A stretch of 64,000 nucleotides of DNA from an uncultured Methylomirabilota bacterium (GTDB lineage: Bacteria; Methylomirabilota; Methylomirabilia; Methylomirabilales; 2-02-FULL-66-22): NCBI GenBank assembly GCA_963845565.1, contig CAWJSJ010000002.1, forward strand, positions 1,728,001 through 1,792,000. The letters are read 5' to 3'. A program made the position numbers and the translations under genes. This document shows, one piece after another, positions 40,576 to 48,935 of this stretch; within the stretch, counting starts at the first letter, position 1; every line of letters starts with the position of its first letter. Below the pieces are notes generated by a model, which did not search any database, was not told where the DNA came from, and saw only the letters and a program-made list of their open reading frames with translations.

Positions 40576-41679
40576 ATGACGATGGGTGTGGAGTGTCCGA
40601 AGTGCGGCTTGCTCCAGTTGCCGGGGCCGACCTGCGCGTCCTGCCAGGCGCCGCTTCGCAGTTCGCCCCACGCGCCTTCGCCACCACCGGAGCAGAGACC
40701 GCCCGCGGGCGGTCCGGGGCTCGGACCCGGCACGCACACGATGCACCGGCTCGCGTTCCATGGCGCGGGTGGCTCCCTGCTGGGCATCCACATCGTCAAC
40801 GTGCTTCTCACCATCGTGACACTCGGTGTCTACTACTTCTGGGCAAAAGTGCGGGTGCGAAGTTACATCCTCAGCCAGACAGAATGTGCGGGAGACCGCT
40901 TCGCATACCACGGGACGGGCAGGGAACTGCTGCTTGGTTTCGTCAAGGCGGTGTTGCTGATCGGCATACCCTTCCTTCTCCTGGACCTGGGCATCGATCT
41001 GGTCGCCCGTGGGCCGGTCGCGCAGGCCGCAGGCGGTCTTCTTTCCTACGTGGCGATTCTCGCTTTCTTCGCCTTCGCAACGGTCGGCGCCCGCCGTTAT
41101 CGCCTGAGCCGCACATCCTGGCGGGGCGTTCGCTTCTCGTTCCGAGGCCGGGTGCTGGAATTCCTCAGGCTCTTCGTCGGGGGGTCGTTGCTCACCACGA
41201 TCACCATCGGCCTGTACTACCCCTTCTTCGATACCCGGCGGCATGGGTTTCTGGTGTCACAATCGTACTTCGGCAATCAGACGTTTTCTTTCGATGGCCG
41301 TGGAAGGGACCTCTTCGGCCAGTATCTGCTGACCTTGCTGATCTTGGTTCCGACCTTGGGCATGTGCTGGTTCTGGTTTCTGGCGAGGAAACAGCGTTAT
41401 TTCTGGGCCCACACCTGGTTCGGCGCCGCTCGATTTCGTTCCACGGTGACCGGGGGTCGGCTCTTGTTGCTCAGTGCGGGGAATGCGCTGCTCCTGATCC
41501 TGACGCTCGGATTCGCCTGGCCATGGGTCGTGGTGCGCAACGCGCGATTCGCGTGTACCTATCTGACCATCGAGGGGCCCTTCGATCTGACGACCGTCCA
41601 ACAGGAGGCACAGGCGGCCTCCACGACGGGCGAGGGTTTGGCGGGCATTCTCGACGCGGGTTTCGATATCGGCTTGTAG
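40576..41679 (+). CDS. YjgN/DUF898 family membrane protein with N-terminal CxxC-CxxC ribbon
   Basis: LLTIVTLGVYYFW, FAYHGTG, T.WRGVRF; CPKC..CASC. Confidence 0.88.
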   Translation: MTMGVECPKCGLLQLPGPTCASCQAPLRSSPHAPSPPPEQRPPAGGPGLGPGTHTMHRLAFHGAGGSLLGIHIVNVLLTIVTLGVYYFWAKVRVRSYILSQTECAGDRFAYHGTGRELLLGFVKAVLLIGIPFLLLDLGIDLVARGPVAQAAGGLLSYVAILAFFAFATVGARRYRLSRTSWRGVRFSFRGRVLEFLRLFVGGSLLTTITIGLYYPFFDTRRHGFLVSQSYFGNQTFSFDGRGRDLFGQYLLTLLILVPTLGMCWFWFLARKQRYFWAHTWFGAARFRSTVTGGRLLLLSAGNALLLILTLGFAWPWVVVRNARFACTYLTIEGPFDLTTVQQEAQAASTTGEGLAGILDAGFDIGL

Positions 41680-41873
41680 CAGGCGGGTGAAAAAGGCCCA
41701 TCTGCGAGGACCCATCCTTTGGGTGGGTACCCCGCCGGCCTCGGCATTCGCTGCGGCGTACTTCCAGTACGCCTGGACCCAGATGCGCTGGGTACCCCGG
41801 CCGTCGGCCCGCCGCCTGGCATCTGGACCTTTTTTGAGCAGCCTGGGCGAAAACGCGTTTCTCGGCACCGTGC
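41677..41873 (+). mobile_element. Short inverted-repeat element, family B copy 2 (longer)
   Basis: TAG-CAGGCGGGTGAAAAA...TTTTTGAGCAGCCTGGGCGAAA. Shares its core with 31300-31456. Confidence 0.7.
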
Positions 41874-41964
41874 GGACCCGGAGTCCGTGCCTGGGGCCCC
41901 CGGCGACAATCGGTGCGGCCGCTCGACGGGCGCGGCCGGGGATATCGGATCGGTAACCGGAACC

Positions 41965-43101
41965 ATGCAGACAGAATGGAAAGGAGACTATCTGGATGGC
42001 CAGACCGCCATCCGGCGGGCGGCGGCGGTCCGCCTCTTGCGGAGCGGGCTGGAGATCACCACCGAGACCGGTCACACGGCCTGGTGGCCGTACGGGGAAG
42101 TGCACCAGACCCAAGGCTTCTACGAAGGCCAGGAGGTCCGCCTGGAGCGCGGCGGGCCGCTTCCGGAGGTGGTGCTGATCCGCGATGCCGCGTTCCTAAG
42201 CGCCCTCCATCGGGCGGCACCAGACGTGGCGGCGCGGTTCCACGATCCCAGCCGTCGGCGAAGGCGCAGCGCGCTCACGGCTCTCGCGGCGCTCGCCGTC
42301 GTCGGGATCACGACGGCGCTCTATCTGTGGGGGATCCCCGGGATAGCGTCCGTCGTTGCGCCGCACGTTCCGCCGTCATGGGAGGAGCGCCTGGGAAGGA
42401 GCGTGAGCGAGCACCTGGCGCCCGAGGCGAGGCGCTGCAGCGAGAAGACCCGCGCGCAGGCGATTCAGGAGATCGCCGACTCCCTTCTCTCGACCGTGCG
42501 GGATTCCCCCTACACGTTCAGAGTCATGGTCGTGAACAACCCATCGGTGAACGCCCTAGCGGCTCCTGGGGGTTACGTCGTCGTCTTCCGTGGGTTGCTG
42601 GAGCAGACCCAGACCGCCGAGGAGTTGGCGGGCGTCCTCGCGCACGAGTTCCAGCATATCCTCTTCCGGCACACGACCCGCGCACTGCTCCGACACGCCT
42701 CGACCGGGTTGCTGCTTGCCGCCATCACCGGCGATATGACCGGGCCCATGGCGTACGGACTCGAGAGTGCCCGGATTCTCGGAGAGCTTCGCTATAGTCG
42801 GCAGGATGAGGACGAGGCGGACCGGGCGGGCTTCCGAATGCTGGTGGACGCTGGCGTGGACACCGCCGGCATGATCGCCTTCTTTGAGACGCTCGCGACG
42901 GACCGACCCAGGACGCTCACCCTTCCGCCGTACCTATCCACGCACCCGACCACCGAGGGGCGAATCGAACGGCTCCGATCGCTCGATTCGCGGACGCAGC
43001 CCGTCACGACCAGACTGCTTTCCGGTGTGGACTGGCGCGATGTTCGACGCCTCTGCGGGGCCACCAACCCGCTTGTCCGCCAAGCCGTTGTCAAAGAGTA
43101 A
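41965..43101 (+). CDS. M48 family metallopeptidase (usual YjgN partner)
   Basis: NALAAPGG, LAHEFQH (HExxH), YSRQDEDEAD, STHP. Confidence 0.92.
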   Translation: MQTEWKGDYLDGQTAIRRAAAVRLLRSGLEITTETGHTAWWPYGEVHQTQGFYEGQEVRLERGGPLPEVVLIRDAAFLSALHRAAPDVAARFHDPSRRRRRSALTALAALAVVGITTALYLWGIPGIASVVAPHVPPSWEERLGRSVSEHLAPEARRCSEKTRAQAIQEIADSLLSTVRDSPYTFRVMVVNNPSVNALAAPGGYVVVFRGLLEQTQTAEELAGVLAHEFQHILFRHTTRALLRHASTGLLLAAITGDMTGPMAYGLESARILGELRYSRQDEDEADRAGFRMLVDAGVDTAGMIAFFETLATDRPRTLTLPPYLSTHPTTEGRIERLRSLDSRTQPVTTRLLSGVDWRDVRRLCGATNPLVRQAVVKE

Positions 43102-43196
43102 CCTGACCGGAGAAATTCCGGGAACGGCATAAGGAGCGGTGACGAAATTACAAGAGGTGGAGGGTTTCCCCTCCACCTCTTTTGTCACCAGGCGCC
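43081..43196 (-). mobile_element. Short bipartite inverted-repeat element, family A copy 3 (reverse)
   Basis: Reverse complement reads ...TTTCGTCACCGCTCC-TTA-TGCCGTTCCCGGAATTTCTCCGGTCAGGTTACTCTTTGACAACGGC. Confidence 0.7.
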
Positions 43197-43216
43197 GGTG
43201 AAGTCCGCCAGAGGGG

Positions 43217-43540
43217 TTAATCCTCCGATTCGCTTCGCTCGTGCCTCTCTGCTCTCTTAATGTTCAGAACACCGCCGGGGGTTGGCGGCGGCGTGCCGAC
43301 CGCGTTCACCGTGATGGTGAAGATCACCGGAGCGCTCGTCAGCGCGGGGCTCCCGTTGTCGGTGGCGGTGCCGGCCTGAGCCGTGGTCGGCGTCCAGGCG
43401 AAGGTGTTGGTCGTCGCGTTCAGGGTCGCCCCGGTGGGCAGGTTGCCCGCCGAGAAGGTCAGGGCGCTGCCAGCATCCGGATCGGTCGCGGTTGCTGTGA
43501 GCGTGAGGAGCTGGTTTTCGTTCACGCGAGCGATGGGCCT
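43217..43540 (-). pseudogene. Decayed Ig-repeat (He_PIG/cadherin-like) remnant
   Basis: VNENQLLTLTATATDPD...LPTGATL...FAWTP...DNGSPAL is homologous to the stalk repeats of 43782-46850, with an internal deletion. Confidence 0.7.
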
Positions 43541-43632
43541 ACCAGTTGCCGCCCGCTCCACTGGCTCTTGATGGAATTCTTCAGGGCTGGCACATAGAGG
43601 CAAGGAAGAGTGAGAACAGTCGCCTTGCGACG

Positions 43633-43673
43633 GAAAAATGAGAAGCGGAGGTCCACTGAAGGACCCCCGCTTC
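43633..43673 (-). terminator. Intrinsic terminator after the large CxxCH/Ig gene
   Basis: GAAGCGGRGGTCC hairpin with a minus-strand T tract. Confidence 0.6.
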
Positions 43674-43781
43674 GGAAGGTGGTGCGATGCCGCTTCACTT
43701 CACGAGCGTCTCGAGGTCGATCGAGAGGTCAGAGCCCGTTGGCGCTAGCGGTAACCGGTGCCGCGTCAGCGCCGACTCCCT

Positions 43782-46700
43782 CTAATCATCGTCAACTTGC
43801 ACTTGCGGAGCGACTGTCAATACCATCCGGCCCCACGCCTGCCAGGCGTCCGCGGTCACGCCGTTATTGCGGACCCAGGCGTGGACCTCGTAGTCTCCGG
43901 GGGCAGTGGGCGTCCAGCGGAGGGTGTTGCCGGGGGCCCACTCCTGCGCGACGCTCCAGGCGCTCCCGTTCCAGACCCACCACTTGAACTGATAGGGGGC
44001 GGTGCCCCCGGTCGCCGTGGCGGTGAGGGTGACGGACCGGCCGACCGGTCGGATGCCCGTCCGGTTGGCGGTGACGCTGGCCATGGTCGGGGCGGGGGTG
44101 GCCGTCACCGTGTAGGCGAGACGTCCCCACGCCTGCCAGGTGTCCGCGGTCACGCCGTTATTGCGGACCCAGGCATGGACCTCGTAGGCTCCGGGGACGG
44201 TGGGCGTCCAGGTGAGGGTGTTGCCGGTCCCCCACTCCCGCGCGACGGTCCAGGCGCTCCCGTTCCAGACCCACCACTTGAACTGATAGGGGGCGGTGCC
44301 CCCAGTCGCCGTGGCGGTGAGGGTGAGGGGCGTCCCGGCAACCTGCGGGCTCGCCTGGGTGGCGGTGACGCTGGACATGGTGGGAAGGGAAGCGGTGGGA
44401 GCAGCCGTCACCGTGTAGGTGAGGCGTCCCCACGCCTGCCAGGTGTCCGCGGTCACGCCGTTGTTGCGGACCCAGGCGTGGACCTCGTAGTTGCCGGGCG
44501 CCGGCGGCGTCCAGGTGAGGGTGTTGCCGGTCCCCCACTCTCGCGCGACGGTCCAGGCGCTGCCGTTCCAGACCCACCACTTGAACTGATAGGGGGCGGT
44601 GCCCCCGGTTGCCGTGGCGGTGAGCGTGAGGGCCGTCCCGGCCACCACCGGGCTCGCCTGGGTGGCGGTGACGCTGGACATGGTAATCGGGGTGGTGGCG
44701 GAGGAGCAGCCGTCACCGTGATGGTAAAGGTTTGCGAGGCGCTCAACGCCGGGCTGCCGTTGTCGGTCACGGCGACCGTCACGGAGTAGGGCGTCGCGCT
44801 GGCCTGACCCGCCGCCGGCGTCCAACTGAAGGCCCCAGCCGACGTCAAGGTCGCACCGGTCGGCAGCGTCGCGCTCGCAAAGGTCAACGCGTTACCGTCC
44901 GGATCGCTGGCACTCAGCGTGAACGAGAGCAACTGCCCGGTGTTCACCGTCTTGTTGCCTGGATTCGTCAGGACCGGCGCTCGGTTCGCGGCCGCCGGAG
45001 TGTTCACAGTGATGGTAAAGGTCACCGACGCGCTTGTCAGCGCCGGGCTCCCGTTGTCGGTGGCGGTGACCGTCACGGAGTAGGGCGTCGCGCTGGCCTG
45101 ACCCGCCGCCGGCGTCCAGGAGAAGGCGCCGGTTGTCGCGTTCAGGGTCGCGCCGGCCGGCAGGGTTGCGCCGGCGGAGAACGTCAGCGCGTTGCCGTCC
45201 GGATCACTCCCGGTGATCGTGAACGACAGCGGCTGACCTGCGGTCACCGTCTTGTTGCCGGGGTTCGTCACCGTCGGTGCACGGTTCACGGGTGCTGTCG
45301 TGCTCACCGTGATCGTGAAGGTCTGCGACGCGACCTGCCCGCCTGGGTCGGTCACAGTGACCGTCACGGAGTAAGGCGTCGCGCTGGCCTGACCCGCCGC
45401 CGGCGTCCAGCTGAAGGTTGCCGTGCCGTTGGTGAGTCCGGGGACCACGCTCGCGCCATTTGGCAACGTCGAGCTTGAGAAGACGAGCAGATCTCCGTCG
45501 GGATCGCTCGCGGTGAGCGCGAGCGTCAGCAGTTGCCCTTCGGCCACAGCCCGGTTACCGGGGTTCGTCAACACCGGCGGCCGGTTGACGTTGCCGACGG
45601 TGATGGTGAAGGCCTCGAAGTCGCTCGCCACCGGACTCCCATTGTCGGTCACGGTGATGGTGACGATGTAGGTGCCGGCCTGAGCGAAAGTGGGCGTCCA
45701 GCTGAAGGCCCCCGCCGGTGTCAGAGTCGCGCCGGTGGGCAGATCCCCCCGCCGAGAACGTCAGCGCGTTGCCGTCCGGATCCGTTGCGGTGGCGGTAAA
45801 CGCGAGGAGCACCCCCTCGGTCCCCGTCTTGGCACCGATCGGCGCCAGCACCGGAGGCCGGTTGACATTACCAACGGTGATGGTGACGATCTCCGAGGCG
45901 ATCAGGCCCCCGGTGTCGGTCACGGTCACGGTGACGTTGAAGTTACCGGCCTGACCCGTCGCCGGCGTCCAGCTGAAGGCTCCAGCCGGTGTCAGAGTCG
46001 CGCCGGTGGGCAGACCCCCCGCCGAGAAGGTCAGCGCGTTGCCGTCCGGGTCCGTCGCCGTGGCCGTGAAGGTGAGGGGCTGTCCCTCGGCCCCCGTCTT
46101 GGCACCGATCGGCGCCAGCACCGGCGGCCGGTTGACATTACCAACGGTGATGGTGAACGTCTCAAAGTCGCTCGCCACCGGACTCCCGTTGTCGGTCACG
46201 GTGATGGTGACCGAGTAGGGAGTGGTCTGCCCCTGCGTGAAGCTCGGCGTCCAACTGAAGGCGCCGGCGGGAGTCAGGGTCGCCCCGGTCGGCAGATTGC
46301 CGCCCGAGAAGGTCAGGGCATTGCCGTTCGGATCGGTCGCGGTGGCCGTGAACGTGAGCGGCTGTCCTTCGTTCACCGTCTTGGCACCGATCGGGTTCAG
46401 CACCGGCGGCTGGTTGCCGGCGACCGTCGGGTCCAGGGGCAGGTTCACCACGCCGGCCGGCAGCGTGGTCACGCCGTTGTTGTTGCAGCCGGCCGTGGTC
46501 GCGACACACCAGCCGGGCTGGGTGCCGCCTTGGATCTCCGCGAGGTTGGTGCCACCCACACCATCGGAGTTTAGGCTGTCGACGGCGATGAGATTCGCGG
46601 TGATATCGCCCGTGGCCGCCCCGCCGCCCAACGCATCGAGATCAACCCCGTAGCGGTTGAAGGACGACGCGTTGTTGCTCGCTGCGTGGCACAATTTGCA

Positions 46701-46850
46701 GGACGCAGCTTCGGTGCCGGTGTTCCCGTACCGCGCCGTGAATTGCGTCAGGTACTCCGACAACGCATGCGCCGTCCCAGGGGACAGCACCACCATGAAC
46801 AACATGAAGAAGATGACTCCAGCAGATACCCTCAGTGTCGTTGCGCGCAT
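43782..46850 (-). CDS. Secreted single-CxxCH protein with 6 He_PIG-like Ig repeats and 3 Trp-rich (Y_Y_Y-like) repeats; two frameshifts (about 45745 and 44690)
   Basis: Signal peptide ending AHA, CKLCH, NRYGVD, SDGVGGTNLAEI. NRPPVL..WTP repeats. YQFKWWVWNG repeats. Confidence 0.85.
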
Positions 46851-47276
46851 CTCGATTCCCCCCCCGTCCCGATTTATAGCAAACAACAAGTTGGTGGATG
46901 CACCCTCACGATTTCAGTTACATCATCTCTCCCCTATGCGTTCCGCTCCGGCTTGCGATCGTCGGGACCGACGCATGCATCACGCGCGCGACATGACACG
47001 CTTGTCCACAAGGTGGCCGGCCACACCATCACGCGGCTTGAATGAGATTGCCCTTCAGGATTGAGGTAATTGTTCCGCATGTCATCTGAATACGACCGGC
47101 GGCCATGTTTCGCTCTCGAAGAATAGACACATCCCGTGTGGTGATTTGCCCACGCCATGCGCCCCCACATTTTCTATATTGCACACTGAGCTATTGGGAC
47201 ACGGACCCCCGTTCGACTGAACGCAACACGGTTATCACGGATCCGTTGGACTCGGCAGAAATCCATACCTGATAAA

Positions 47277-47293
47277 AGCAATCTCCATGCCCA
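47277..47293 (-). promoter_or_regulatory. Sigma-54 promoter (-24/-12)
   Basis: GGCATGGAGATTGC (GG-N10-GC), identical in the duplicate at 51212-51228. Confidence 0.75.
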
Positions 47294-47354
47294 CACGGGA
47301 TCACGCTCGATGGATCAGGGGTCTTGGCGGCAAGTGGTCGGGATTCAAGGACGT

Positions 47355-47405
47355 TGGTGTCGAGTCACCACCGCAAACTGACCGGTCAGTCTGGTCGCCA
47401 CACCA
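47355..47405. promoter_or_regulatory. Candidate enhancer (UAS) palindrome
   Basis: ACTGACCGGTCAGT flanked by TGGTGTCG / CGCCACACCA, conserved at 51290-51340. Confidence 0.55.
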
Positions 47406-47590
47406 CGAGGGAAAGCAGGAAGTTTTTCATGAGGGCGTGTAAGAGTTACGGGCCTGCCAGGATGGGAGGGTTGCTCTTGCGTGCGCAGCGATGAACGGGC
47501 CGCGCGCGTCGTGCGTGGGTAGGCGGGCGTGTTCGCGAAAGAGGCGTTCACGCGTCGAGTCGCGAGCCCTCGCTTGCGAGTTTGTGCGAC

Positions 47591-47790
47591 CTATCGGGCG
47601 CTCCCGCTGACCTTGTTCCTCGCCGGAGTTCTGGGCGGGGCCGCCAGCGTTGCCCAATCTGTGCCCAGGGCGTTGCTCAGGTGGTAGCAGACCTTGTTCC
47701 ACTGGCGGACCAGGCCGACGGTGAGTGGCTTTGCCTCGTTGCTCTTGGCGGGGATGGCGCCCCAGCGGCGCATCGGTTCCACGCCCGATG
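47591..47790 (-). pseudogene. Duplicated 3' end of the M28 peptidase gene
   Basis: EPMRRWGAIPAKSNEAKPLTVGLVRQWNKVCYHLSNAL matches the C-terminus of 51527-53320. Confidence 0.85.
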
Positions 47791-47856
47791 GCTGAGCGAA
47801 ACGGATCGGCGATTCAGGAGTCGTGAGCGCGGCGCTGGTGGGCGACGAGGACTCTT

Positions 47857-48924
47857 CTACCGGAGACGGTACGTCTTGGTCATGAGCTGCCCCTGTCGCT
47901 GCAGGTGGAGTTCGACGACCGATATGCTCGGGTCGCGCTTGACCTGCTGATACAGTCGGAACAAGTCCGGGAAGCCGTTGATCGGCTGGCCGTTTATCGC
48001 CAGCACGACATCCCCGGCCTCGATCCCGGCCCGTTCGGCCATATTGGGGCTGACCACGCGAAAACCGCGTGGACCCAGGACCCCGTCGGCGACGGCCGAC
48101 TTCACGCTGAAGTTCATGCCCTGATCGAGCGAGAGCATCGGCCGGATCGTGGACATGGCCTCCGCCAGAATCCTCCCGCCGTGGTCGAAGGCCATCTGCG
48201 CGTCGGCCGCGTTAATCTCGTAGGTATCCGGGCCGGCCGGTTTGACCCGAACCTTGTCCAGAATCGCCTTATCCAGCCGCCGCTCCAACTGCAGCGAGCG
48301 GTCCGTTGCCGGCGGCGGGATTGGTGGAGCGGATGGGACGGCAACGGCCACGATCTGCGGGCTGGTGATATCCACTTCCAGGTGGCCGCGACGCTCCCGG
48401 ATTTGCAGCAGTCGAGGCTCGGGATCAACGGTGCTGCCCGCGGTGACATAGCGGTACTCGACCCCGTCGAGAAGGACCGTACCTTCCAGGCGCCGGCCGC
48501 CCGAGCCCGGAATCACGCCGCCCACTTCTACCCGAAACGATTTCGGGCCACGGGTATCGCGGATCTGCAGTCCGTCTGGGTGGAGTTTGTCCACGATGAA
48601 CCCTTGACCGGCCGCGTTCGGATCCGGAAGGAAATCCCCATTGGTATACAGGCGCCGTGTACTGGCTCGAGGCTCGCTGACGATGGCGAAACGTTGTGGG
48701 GTCGCGAACGTCACCTCAGCGGTCGGGGAGGGGTCCGGCGCCGTCGCCTCGATCGGCGCGCGCGACACGGGCGCGACTGGGGCCTTCGATTGAGCGGCCG
48801 GGGCCTTCGTCTGGCTCGCGGCGGCCGCCGGGTCAGTCCAGGAAAGCAGCGCACTCGCGGCCAGCGCGGTCGTCAGCGAGCACCGCCACGCGCGATGGCG
48901 CCCGATGGAAAGATGGGCTCGCAT
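47857..48924 (-). CDS. GspC-like protein with C-terminal PDZ domain (orphan)
   Basis: N-terminal hydrophobic/signal segment. C-terminus GIEAGDVVLAINGQPI..LYQQVK..LQRQGQLMTKTYRLR resembles the GspC PDZ end. Confidence 0.65.
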   Translation of the reverse strand: MRAHLSIGRHRAWRCSLTTALAASALLSWTDPAAAASQTKAPAAQSKAPVAPVSRAPIEATAPDPSPTAEVTFATPQRFAIVSEPRASTRRLYTNGDFLPDPNAAGQGFIVDKLHPDGLQIRDTRGPKSFRVEVGGVIPGSGGRRLEGTVLLDGVEYRYVTAGSTVDPEPRLLQIRERRGHLEVDITSPQIVAVAVPSAPPIPPPATDRSLQLERRLDKAILDKVRVKPAGPDTYEINAADAQMAFDHGGRILAEAMSTIRPMLSLDQGMNFSVKSAVADGVLGPRGFRVVSPNMAERAGIEAGDVVLAINGQPINGFPDLFRLYQQVKRDPSISVVELHLQRQGQLMTKTYRLR

Positions 48925-48935
48925 GTTTGCCTCCT

